DNA from: Oopsacas minuta | Taxonomy: Eukaryota; Animalia; Porifera | Direction: 5' to 3' | Length of the DNA: 64,000 bases | Assembly: GCA_024704765.1 (NCBI GenBank) | Contig: JAKMXF010000221.1 | Span: forward strand, 434,001-498,000 | Part shown: positions 34,201 to 44,882 of the stretch, piece after piece | Numbering within the stretch: the stretch's first letter is position 1 | Layout of the letters: each line of letters opens with the position of its first letter | The notes under the pieces: generated by a model | Databases searched by the model: none | What the model was told of the DNA's origin: nothing | What the model saw: only the letters and a program-made list of their open reading frames with translations | Translations under genes and position numbers: made by a program

Positions 34201-37133
34201 CTTTAGAATTGGAACCAGAACGAGGCTCAGTTCCAAAAGAGAAAAGTGGATCTGAATTTACTGTGTCTGAATTAAAGTTTGGTGAAGAGAACCTCACTCG
34301 AAATCTCTGCGCCCTCGGGGGTCTGGCCCCTATCAACCCCGGTCATGCGAGATGGTGTCTATCAGATGTGTCGATACAGATGGTTATCTGTCATGAAGTA
34401 TTGCCTCTCCTGCTTGATGTTATTAAGGCCTCCTTTCTTAAAAATTCTGAGAAAATACAACTTTTAGCTGTCTCGCTTCTGATCAGATTCGTCTGTCGAG
34501 TAGATCCACAACTCGTTGACGAAGTTATGCTCAGTTTAAACTCCAACCTTACTATCCCTCCATCTCCCTCTCTCCCACCTGGAGTTTCATTTATCCTCTT
34601 CCTTACAAACCTCGGTACTATGTTTCTACAAAAACACAAGCTTATACAAGCTACTACAGTAGGACACTACCTCCACCAGCTGTTAACAGAACAGTCATGG
34701 ATGACTGCTTACTTGTATAACCTACAGAAAAATTTAGATATTCTCCCTCAATCATCTCAACCTGCTTCCATATTCCATCTCCTTGTACTGGCGGGATTCC
34801 CAGAATTGCCAGCTTTTGGTATGCAGGTTGAGATCGAGCAGAAAAACTCTTCCCCTCTCTCTGGCCTAATTGTACAAGCTAAAGAGGGAAGTAACAGCTA
34901 TGAAGTTATCCTAAAAAATTCCAGAAATACAAGAAATTTCATAGAAAAGGATGTAATAATTAAACCATCTACTCTTTCAATAAATGACAAATCCTCTCTC
35001 TCTCATATCCTAAATCTAACAGCTGACTGTCTGAGAATACCAGAAAAGTCTGTTGAACAGCTCTATATAACATTCCTTTTACTCAAAACCATCACTAACT
35101 ATGTACAGGGTGATAAGAGTGGAGAAACACTACACCAAACCTTGCAATCTGGAGTGCTCGATCTTTTCACGAAGTTAGCCTGCAAACCAACGGGAATTGA
35201 CAAGAAATGGAAAATTCCAGAACTTGAACACATCTGTATGCGTTCTTACCAGCCAGAGAAGAATCGATCTGCTGTTCAATCCCCTCTTGAGACAAGTACC
35301 AAACCTGACAACGGAAAGGATAAATCAGCGGATGCTCCGAAAATCGATGAAAGAGACCCTCTGGCTAATATCAGTGACGAAATAAGATCTAATTTCTTCA
35401 ATCTACAGACTGCGTTCAACTGTAAGCTATCTGTAATAAGAGCTGCTTATGAAAAAGCTAATAAGGATGAATCGACACTCATTGAAAATCTACAGAGATG
35501 GTTAACTGATGATAAAGGGTTCCAAATTCCTGAGGATATCCAGGAGAAATCCAAGAGTTGGGAACCTCTTGAAGAGGACCCGACCCCTGAGATACCGGAG
35601 GAGATGGACGAGACCCTGGACAAGGGACTACCCAAATACACTCCCATTTCAGTTGATACAAAAGAATTCGCGATCGCCAAGGACTCAGACAAGAAGAAGA
35701 AAGAGAAAGAAATTCTTATTCCCCCTGACAAGACCCTGAAGAGTGAGTACACTAATGCTTGTAAAGATTCATTAGAATTATTCTATTCCCTTGAAAATGA
35801 AAATCTAAAGCGTAGCAGTATCAAGAAATTACTCTCCGGGCTCACTGTGTTACAGGCAAGACAATCCTTATTCTCACTGATTATACATTGGAATCTTGAA
35901 GTACCGTTATGTACTGCATTCCTTGAGAGTATGGACGTATCGCGATTATTCTCACTTTTACAATGCGCACACAAATGTCTTGATGAACAAAAATTTGATA
36001 AGATGTTGGATAAACTCGTTACTCACATTTCAGAGACTACTAAGAAGGCTCTGGGGGTAGAGGCCAGCAAGGTGTTAGGTCCAATTAAGGCCTGTACAGT
36101 TACAAAAGAGTCCCCTCATCCCAATTCTAAGACTTTTGTGGAGAGTAAGATTATGGTCAAGAACGCTATACAGTATATTATTACTCCAGATTCTCAGAGC
36201 TGCTTCGATTTAGAGAACTCTGTCCTGTTCGGATCAGACAGCGAGTTCACAGAAAATAGGAAGGAAATGACGGGAGCTGAGTTCATGAAAGAGAAATGTG
36301 TTGTAATTCACGCTAACACTCTTTACTACAAAGTTAAAACGCCACAACTCAACATGGACTGGGGATGGAAGCTACAGGTCATTGTTGTGACCGCCGGTGT
36401 GTTGTCCTGTTTTGATTCAGCTTGTAAGCTTCTGGAGAGGATCCTCTCTAATGTTGAGGACTCTAATCTCCTCCCCCTAGCCTCTGTCTGGGAGAACCTC
36501 TTCACAGCTTGCTGCTTCCATCCAGACGAGGAGAGATTCAAGATAATATCCTTAATGTCTCTCGTACTTAAACTGTTCACTACACAGAATAGTAATAAGA
36601 AGAAACCTAAGAATGGAGACGTAGTAGTTTCTAAACCTGATCCAGAACAGCGGATAGACTTAACTCTGCTAAGACCTTTATGGAATTATTATTCTAAGAT
36701 TATAGATCAGTATACCGATGAGAAGATTGCACTACGGACGTTAAAAGTTCCTCCAATAGCTCGCATGCTAACGGACATGTTTACACAGGTTGAACTGTGT
36801 GCAACTGCATGCGGGTTGGAGAGAGAGCTACGTATGAGTCAAGTAACTGACTATACGATAGATCTTAGCTTACAGCAGGGAATACAAAATGTAGGTCTAG
36901 TTAGTATTGGGATTAATTCTAGTAATATCGTTATGGAAAAGTTCGTACAAGCCAAGAAAGATTACAAACCATCTGACAATCATTTAGACGGAGTCACATT
37001 CCCAAATCTGTCCGATCCAGAACCAAATAAATTTAATCAATCACTGTTTTCAGGTTCTTCTACCTCATCTGAAGACACTTCTACAGATGACGATTATTAC
37101 GAAAGTGTTGACTCTGACTGGAGTATTGATTGA
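28282..37133 (+). CDS. ZZEF1-like: ZZEF1-like protein (EF-hand-like, APC10/DOC, CUB-like; no ZZ fingers), ~2,847 aa
   Basis: Exons 28282-29322 and 29631-37133. DOC domain TFWQSSGTQGAHFIKI...DNSYTP...IQ|INIKECAQDGCDTKIRGL; CUB-like EFDNRCNTDSGYDHLEF...SG...NWP. Confidence 0.8.
29345..29492. mobile_element. MITE family A copy in the ZZEF1-like intron
   Basis: Contains caaaccgtcaaagtagcatac and gtagttatcgcggtcccttgagcttcg, shared with copies at 43644 and 44970. Confidence 0.65.
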
Positions 37134-37549
37134 TTATTGATAATACATTTTAGCTTAGTAGTAGCATGCCTTATCTAGTGAGGATAGCTCCATACCGACG
37201 TATGATGTCATGTATATATTATGAATATTTTTAGTTTATTTTCTAAACATTCTAGTTTTTATTTAGGATAAATATCTTTAGAACGAGGGAGTAGTGTCCC
37301 TTGTCCAGTCCGAATCATCATGTATATGTTCCACGTCTCCTCACGTCCGAAATGAAGGAGGGGATTCGTACACTGCACTGCCATAGGGTTTGAAATATGA
37401 CATTTGAGCCTTTTCACCGGGCGAGGCAACTAATTATACCATTCCTTACGATTTATACATAGCAACAATGTTTGATTTAAGAATGCACTATATTTTACAA
37501 GGAATATTCCCATTACTCTTATTTTTTGAAACTCTTACTAGATCACTAA

Positions 37550-38263
37550 ATGGCAGCGTATGAGTCCCAGAGGTTCTCCATGCTAGACACGATAATAGAG
37601 CTGGAGACAGCTAACAAGTGTAGAATGCTACACTCAGTTATCCTCGTAGCACAAATAGATCCAAAGATAGACTCTGTTTATACTAAAATATGTTCTCATT
37701 ACGAAACTCTATTTGCAAAACTCCAGAAACGCTATCAATGCGATGCACCCACGGGGCTACTACTCCTATACTCTAATTTCTCATTCCATTTTATAGAAGC
37801 ACACCATACAATAATATTACACACTATTAAGGACCTTCAAAACCTCACTCTACCCTCTGACAATGCTTTTTTCACGAACTCTGTTATTCTCCAGTACTTG
37901 AGTAGTGTGACCTATTCATTACTTCCTCTATGGAAATATGCTATACTAGATATTCCACCGAGTGGAGACGAATCTTACCAGCCGAGTGACTCACTAGGAA
38001 TTGTTGTGGGTTCTGTTGTCCGAACTTTTTACAAATTAATCTCAATTTATCATAAACGGCCTAAAACTGAAGCTATGCGGTTTTTGGATAGAATCAGTGA
38101 TAGAATTGACTTAATAGTTCCCAGAGAGAAACTTGAATATTTGTTGAAACAGAAAGAACTTATGACTCCTAACGATTTTACTAAAATCGTAGATAAAAGA
38201 CACACAACTCCTCTACAGAGCGACGTAGCCTGGCCAGCTCCCGAGAGACTATTCGATGTGTAG
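37550..38263 (+). CDS. TEX47: TEX47 (C7orf62)-like protein
   Basis: TGLLLLYSNFSFHFIEA core and C-terminal TP.DF...LQSDVAWPAPERLF match TEX47. Confidence 0.78.
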   Translation: MAAYESQRFSMLDTIIELETANKCRMLHSVILVAQIDPKIDSVYTKICSHYETLFAKLQKRYQCDAPTGLLLLYSNFSFHFIEAHHTIILHTIKDLQNLTLPSDNAFFTNSVILQYLSSVTYSLLPLWKYAILDIPPSGDESYQPSDSLGIVVGSVVRTFYKLISIYHKRPKTEAMRFLDRISDRIDLIVPREKLEYLLKQKELMTPNDFTKIVDKRHTTPLQSDVAWPAPERLFDV

Positions 38264-38363
38264 CTATCACTTCCCTAACAACGATTTATCACTTCAATTA
38301 TTCATATTATCTCTTATTATATTCATCTTTAGTATTATTAATATTATTATTATTTAATTAGTA

Positions 38364-41300
38364 ATGAGTGAATCAGAGAGTGATGTTAGCACTAGTGACT
38401 CTGATCAAGACTCAGGGGAGGAACGTCCCGCTAAGATACCTCGGGTAGAGACCGCTGGTAATGGCGAGCAGGACCAGGACGGGGATTCAGGGTCCGGAAC
38501 GGAGGACGATCTTGATGATGATGACGATGTGTCTAATGACGAGTATGAAGAACAGGAGGATCACAAACGTACATCCAAGCGTCCCGGACATGACATGATT
38601 CTAGACATGGCCGAAGTGAGTGACGGAGATGATGACTACGAAACGGACGGAGAGGACGGAATACAAGCACTCCTCCCTACCACTGACAAGGGAATGGGAA
38701 AGAGTAGAGCCAGGAGCGTAGAAGCAGACCCTTCCGGACACATGAAGTTCATGCAACAGATCAATGAGCTAGACGGAGACAAGATTGTAGAAGCTATGGC
38801 TAAGAGGTTCTCTGGGTATAATGCAGGTTCTTATGTTATGCAAGATGATGAGCACTCATATGAGATACAGCAACAGAGATTATTGCCAGGTAAATATTCA
38901 TATTATACTATTAATAGAGAACACATATGTACACAAAATCAGATTTTGACCATCCTTTGGAGTTCATATTTACGAGGTTCCATTGTTTCTATATTACAGG
39001 TATCAAGGACCCTAACTTATGGATGGTGAAATGTCGGATTGGTTTTGAGAAGGAGACGGCGTTCAATTTGATGAGAAAGTTTGTCTTCCTTCATGACAGC
39101 AAACCTCTGCTAATAAAATCTGTAATAGCCCCAGAAGCAGTTAAGGGCTATATCTATGTCGAGGCGTATAAACAGTCTCACGTTAAGCAGGCTATAGATG
39201 GGAACAGTAATTTGAACATAGGACAACACAACCAGAAAATGGTCCCCATCCAGGAGATGACAGATGTCCTGAAGGTGGTAAGGGACCCTACAGTCGTTAA
39301 GAAGGGTTCCTGGGTTCGTCTTAAGAAAGGAATCTATAGAGACGATATAGCACAGGTTGTGTATGTTGATAATTCACAGAATACTCTCTATCTGAAACTT
39401 ATTCCAAGATTGGACTTAAAGAAAATAGCAGCTAAATATGACTCTAAAAATAACAATAGACCCCTGCCTAGAAATAAACAGTTCAAAAGGCCGCCAGCTA
39501 AGCTGTTCGACGATGAGGCGATAGAGGAATGTGGAGGTACTGTCTCTAACGAGCGGGGCTTTCAGTTGTTTGAGGGAGACAACTATCAGAGCGGATTCCT
39601 CTGTAAATATTTCCCAAAGAGTGCTATACTTATGGACGGTGTTACCCCCACACTTAAGGAATTGGAAAAGTTTCAAACTAATCCTGAGGATATTGATGTT
39701 AATCTGAACAATTCAGCTAGAGATATAAAACTAATCCCGGGTGATTTTGTAGAAGTATGTGAGGGAGAGCTGAAGAACCTGCTGGGCAAGGTTACCAGTG
39801 TGGATGGTAGTAATGTTAATATCATTTCTAAACACGAAGAACTACAAACTGTCATGGAATTCCCGATCCGTGAACTTAGGAAATATTTCCAGATTGGGGA
39901 CCATGTTAAAGTGGTAGGAGGACAGTTTATGGGGGAGAGCGGACTAGTGGTCCGTGTGGAGGAGAACGTAGCAATTATCTTCAGTGATATTTCACGTGAC
40001 GAAATGAAGGTGCGACCCAGAGATCTCCAGTTGTGTACAGAGACCAGTAGCGGTATTGATTCACAGGGACAAAATGAAGTAGGCGATTTGGTACAGGTAG
40101 ACCCACAGACAGTAGGGATCATAGTGCGGATAGAAAGAGATTCCTATCGTGTACTTACTCACTACGATAAGATACAGTCTGTTAAACAACAAGCTGTGCA
40201 GAAGAAGAACTCCAGGAGAGCAGTTACTTTGGACAAAAATAATAATTCTTTGTCTGTTAAGGATTTAGTGAGGATTATGGATGGTAAGAAGAAAGGTAGT
40301 CAGGGAGAGATTCAGCATATATTCAGGAATTTTGTCTTTGTAAAGATTCATCAGTATTTTGAGAACGCTGGGTATGCTGTTGTTAGGAGTAAAGCCTGTG
40401 AACTGGTCGGAGGGCAAAACAAGCCAGCTGGTATCATAGGGACACCCAGAGCATCACCTCGACCCAATAACACACTTCAGAGTCCCCGTGTGGTCATGAG
40501 TAGTCCAAGAGGAGCCGGAGGGTATGGTAGAGGAGGGGGAAACTTTGCTAGAGACACTAAGCTAGTTGGACAGACAGTCCGCATAACTGTAGGTGCCTAC
40601 AAGAATCATATCGGTATAGTAAAGGATGCTACAGAGGCTCTAGCTAGAGTAGAGCTACACACTAGTCCGCTAACTATTAACGTAGATAAGACTCATCTTG
40701 CTATCGTGTCAGACCAGAAGACCGGGTCACAGACCGTCGCCCATACGCCTAACCTTGGGTATCAGACTCCAATGCATGGCCGATGGGGAGGGGCTACACC
40801 CATGCATGGTAGCCGTACCCCTATGTATGGGAGTATGACACCAGACCCTGGATCAAGGACACCTCATTATGGGTCTGAGACTCCTCTACATGACCCCTCA
40901 CGCACCCCCTCTGCATGGGACCCCAGTATAGCCACTCCCCGACACGAATTTTCTTACCCATTCGACACCCCTATGACTCCAGTTGGACATCTCTCTGAGG
41001 CATCACCCTACCCCTCGCATTACGGAGCAAATCAGACCCCTCTGTACGGGACAGAGCCAATCAGTCCGTCTCATTTCGACTCTGTAACTCCTACACCAGG
41101 ACAGTCCGTCACTCCAGGGGTCACTGCCTCCAGAGACATCTCCTTTCTACCCCCAGAGACCTTAAAAGGGCTAGAAGTACAGATATCACATCCTGGAGGG
41201 TCTCTGAACGGTAAGACAGGTGTAATCCTACATGCTACCCTCATGAACAAAGCTACGGTTAAACTACATCATTTGAGAGAGACAGGGAGGGATACAGTCG

Positions 41301-41494
41301 ACCTGCAGTTGAGAGATTTAGAGCTAACACAGGTCAGTGAGGGGGACCAGATTAAACTCCTCAGGGATCAGGACAACTCCGTGTACAAGCTCTTGCAGAT
41401 AGATTCTGATGATGCTGTCCTGAGGGGACAATCAGGTGACCTCCGGATGGTACCATTGGACAAGGTAGCCAAATATACTTCTGTGATTTCTTAA
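38364..41494 (+). CDS. SUPT5H: Transcription elongation factor SPT5 (1,006 aa)
   Basis: Exons 38364-38889 and 39000-41494 (LLP|[12 protein letters not shown]). Acidic N-terminus, NGN domain, KOW repeats, CTR repeats TPMHG/TPMYG/TPHYG. Confidence 0.97.
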
Positions 41495-41556
41495 ACTTTC
41501 TGATTTGTGAATGATCTTATGCACAGCTGATTATTTGAAATTAAAGAGTTGAGTGC

Positions 41557-41609
41557 ATTGCCTAGCAACGAGAATAACTATGTTAAACTGTGCCGGTTTT
41601 GGCGCCATT
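41557..41609. promoter_or_regulatory. RFX X-box-like and E2F/YY1-like motifs upstream of GSTK1
   Basis: ATTGCCTAGCAAC (12/13 match to GTTGCCTAGCAAC) at 41557-41569; TTTGGCGCCATT at 41598-41609. Confidence 0.4.
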
Positions 41610-41685
41610 CTAGATATACTTAATTATTTAATATGATTTTAGTTCCGTAATATTTATATAAAATAGCAGTTCTATAATTAGTAAC

Positions 41686-42348
41686 ATGTCTCGCACTCTT
41701 GTGAAGCTATACTATGATATTGTGTCTCCCTACGGGTGGTTAGGATTTGAGATTCTATGTCGACACCAGCACGAATGGAAAATACACCTAGATCTGAATC
41801 CCGTATTCCTGTCCGGGCTAATGAAGTCTACTGGTAACACCCCTCCTGGTATGGTACCTGCTAAAGCTAAGTACATGAACATTGAGTTGAAGAGACTCTC
41901 AGATTTTCACAGGGTCCCGTTGTCACTACCAAACAATTTATTTGAATTCATGTTTACTAACAATAACATATCTGCACTGAGGTTATTGACATTGGTTAAG
42001 ATAAGTCATCCAGATAAATTAGAAGTATTGTCGAGGGAATTTTTCAAAAGAATTCTCGCTACGGATGAAGCTAAAATGGATTTACATATATTACAGACTG
42101 CGATGGAGACTGTGGGAATAGTAGGGAAGGAAGCTAGCCGGTTGTTGGAGGAAATGGGCACCCAGGGGAAGGAGGGACTGAAAAAATGTACCGCTGAGGC
42201 TCTCGAGTACGGGGCCTTTGGGGTACCGTATATGGTAGCATTTGTGGGGGACAAACCCAACCCTTACTTCGGTACGAATCAGATCTACCTACTGGCTGAT
42301 CTCCTGAGGGAGAAGTTTAATGACAAGACTACAAGATCAAAATTATAG
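41686..42348 (+). CDS. GSTK1: Glutathione S-transferase kappa 1
   Basis: LYYDIVSPYGWLGFE, GNTPPGMVPAKAKYM, EALEYGAFGVP. Confidence 0.95.
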   Translation: MSRTLVKLYYDIVSPYGWLGFEILCRHQHEWKIHLDLNPVFLSGLMKSTGNTPPGMVPAKAKYMNIELKRLSDFHRVPLSLPNNLFEFMFTNNNISALRLLTLVKISHPDKLEVLSREFFKRILATDEAKMDLHILQTAMETVGIVGKEASRLLEEMGTQGKEGLKKCTAEALEYGAFGVPYMVAFVGDKPNPYFGTNQIYLLADLLREKFNDKTTRSKL

Positions 42349-42427
42349 AAATATATTTTATAGAATTATTAGCTTATAATTTGTTGTTTATATTAATTAG
42401 TTTCTACACAATAACCTCTGAATATAA

Positions 42428-43636
42428 TTACCAATGAAAGCCAGCTGTTGCTGTCTCTACAATCAGCTGAGCTATAGCTAACGATGATGTAGCTGCTGGC
42501 GAGGGAGCGTTCATAATATGTAGAGCTTTATCACCTCTCCATTCGTAATAGAAATCCTCCACCTTGTTACCCTCTCTGTCTACCAGTAGTGCCCTTACTC
42601 CACTACCCCTGATGATTCTCTTTAGGTCCCCAGCAACGAGCTCTGGAATGTAACTATTCAATGTAAACATATCGATTGGTTTGAGGATAGAATTCAGTGA
42701 GCTAATAGCGAATCTCCAATGCATTGCTGTTAATCTATAGAACCCAGGATGTGTTATTATATCTTTGAAATCTGTAATATTCAGACTAGTTCTGGTGTCA
42801 CCCTCTCTTGATAGAGCCAGGACCGCAGTTGGTCCAACCCACACAGTCCCATCTAATCGAGGTGTGAAATGTACCCCTAGGAAGGAGAGGTCTGTGTCTG
42901 GTACCGGATATATATTTCCTCTTATTAGCTTAGCTTTCTCAGGATTTAGTAGAAGATATTCTCCTCTAATAGGTATTACTCTAATATCTCTTTTACTTGC
43001 TAGTCTATCTGCTTGTGAACCTCCACACACTATCACATACTCTGTATTTATGGTACCTTCTTTAGTTAACACCTTTCCTTTCTGGAACCCTGTTACCTCT
43101 CTCTTTAGGATAATATCCCCTCCCATTTCTAGAAAGTCTTGTCCCATACTCTGTGTCATTTCTCTGTAGTTCACTATTCCTGTGTGAGGACTGTAAATAG
43201 CTCTCAGTCCCTGACAAGATGGTTCTATCTCCCTCAACTCTTCTCTGTCTATCATTCTCACATTTCTCACACCGTTAGCTACAGCCCTGCTGAACAGCTG
43301 TTCCAACCGATCTAGCTCCCCCTCCCATCTAGCTACTATAACCTTCCCACATTGTTTGTGTCTTATCCCTCTCTCCCTCAGATACTTATATGTCATGTCA
43401 GATCCTTCCACACAAAGCTTAGCCATCATAGACCCTGGCTTATAGTAAATGCCTGCGTGAATAACTCCACTATTTCTACCTGTCTGATGCAAGCCTAGAC
43501 TGTGTTCCTTCTCTAGGATAGCTACTCGCATATCTGGGTACACTCTCTTTAGCTGCCTTCCTGTAGCTACACCGACTATGCCCCCTCCTACTATTATTAC
43601 GTCATATAGTTTTGCTATGCTTCTAGTCCCATACAT
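42428..43636 (-). CDS. L2HGDH: L-2-hydroxyglutarate dehydrogenase
   Basis: DVIIVGGGIVG, HQTGRNSGVIHAGIYYKPGS, IYPVPD..FLGVHFTPR, NAPSPAATSSLAIA. First ATG at 43636; the track's 43651 is a TTG start. Confidence 0.95.
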   Translation of the reverse strand: MYGTRSIAKLYDVIIVGGGIVGVATGRQLKRVYPDMRVAILEKEHSLGLHQTGRNSGVIHAGIYYKPGSMMAKLCVEGSDMTYKYLRERGIRHKQCGKVIVARWEGELDRLEQLFSRAVANGVRNVRMIDREELREIEPSCQGLRAIYSPHTGIVNYREMTQSMGQDFLEMGGDIILKREVTGFQKGKVLTKEGTINTEYVIVCGGSQADRLASKRDIRVIPIRGEYLLLNPEKAKLIRGNIYPVPDTDLSFLGVHFTPRLDGTVWVGPTAVLALSREGDTRTSLNITDFKDIITHPGFYRLTAMHWRFAISSLNSILKPIDMFTLNSYIPELVAGDLKRIIRGSGVRALLVDREGNKVEDFYYEWRGDKALHIMNAPSPAATSSLAIAQLIVETATAGFHW

Positions 43637-43643
43637 TCTAATA

Positions 43644-43762
43644 CTAATCAACTCCCATTACATCGATAAATACCGCTTATAGCAAAGATCTCATCTGTCA
43701 TACCGAATTCCGTATGAAGTAATTATCGCGGCCCTTGAACTTCGATATAACAGGAATTGATT
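43644..43762. mobile_element. MITE family A copy immediately 5' of L2HGDH
   Basis: aatcaactcccattacatcga...gaagtaattatcgcggcccttgaacttcgatataacaggaattga. Confidence 0.65.
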
Positions 43763-44172
43763 TTATAACACATAACACACGTACAATAGGGCTGTCATAA
43801 TTCTATATATCTGAATTATATCTTCTAATTAGTGTACAATACCAATGTATTGAACCTTGTGTTTTGTCATGGCAATAGTGCGTGTATAAGATCATTATTA
43901 TTATTATAAAATTTCCTATATTGCTTTGCTATAGAGCATTTCAGGAGTCCTGTGCTATCTCGTAAACAGGGAGATAATACACTTTATCTAATCAAATATA
44001 CACAAACACTTCTGCGTGGCTTTGTTCACCTCCATTTCGGGGATAGATACCCTACTAATTTTAGTAGCAGTCCACCTGGCTATCATGCAAATACTTAGAA
44101 GTGTCTCCTCTTATAAATCTCATAAATGTGTATATTTCTTACAAAAATTCATATTTCAACTATTGTATTATT

Positions 44173-44810
44173 ATGGCAGAAGGAATGGAGCTGCGAGAGA
44201 GGATTAGGGATTATCAGTTCAGGGAGAAATTGACAGAGATCAGATCTGACGCAGAGTTCAGAGAATGTTTCCCGTGTGTTTCGTCTCCTCTCAACTTTTT
44301 CTTGCTAGACAGATTACCTATCTTAAAATGGGTACGGAGCTACTCCTTCAAGTTTGCAGTCAGGGACCTGATAGCTGGGATAACAGTCGGACTGATGGTA
44401 CTGCCACAAGGTCTAGCTTATGCCAGAGTAGCAGGTGAGAAGTGAGTTTAATCTCAGTCAACTGTTTATAATTTAATTACTCTCATTTTACATATTATCT
44501 ATCAGGTCTTCCTATACAATACGGTCTCTACTCTTCTTTCATGGGATCTTTCATTTATTTCCTGTTTGGGACAGCTAAAGATATTACTATAGGACCGACA
44601 GCTATCGTGTCCACACTCGTAGCTCATAACGCAACCAAGGGGCGGGACCCTGCCCTATTCGCCTGCTATGCTATTGCACTTAGTCTCATTTGTGGAATGG
44701 TACAGATGTTATTAGGGGCTTTCAATCTAGGATTTGTTGTAGAATTTATCTCTTATCCAGTTATAAATGGATTCACGTCAGCAGCTGCCATTACAATTGC
44801 TGTAGGCCAG

Positions 44811-44882
<72 letters not shown>

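Noticed and set aside
37344-37422. Minus-strand stretch resembling tRNA-Sec (GCCCGG start, TTCAAA loop, TTTCGGACG end)
   Set aside because: No D-stem, poorly paired anticodon and acceptor stems, about 79 nt instead of about 87; probably chance or a repeat fragment. A tRNAscan-SE or Infernal run would settle it.
39416-43169. Longer antisense ORFs (39673-40122, 39416-39676, 42765-43169) and alternative-frame ORFs such as 57445-57795
   Set aside because: Shadow frames of strongly supported genes with no independent coding signal.
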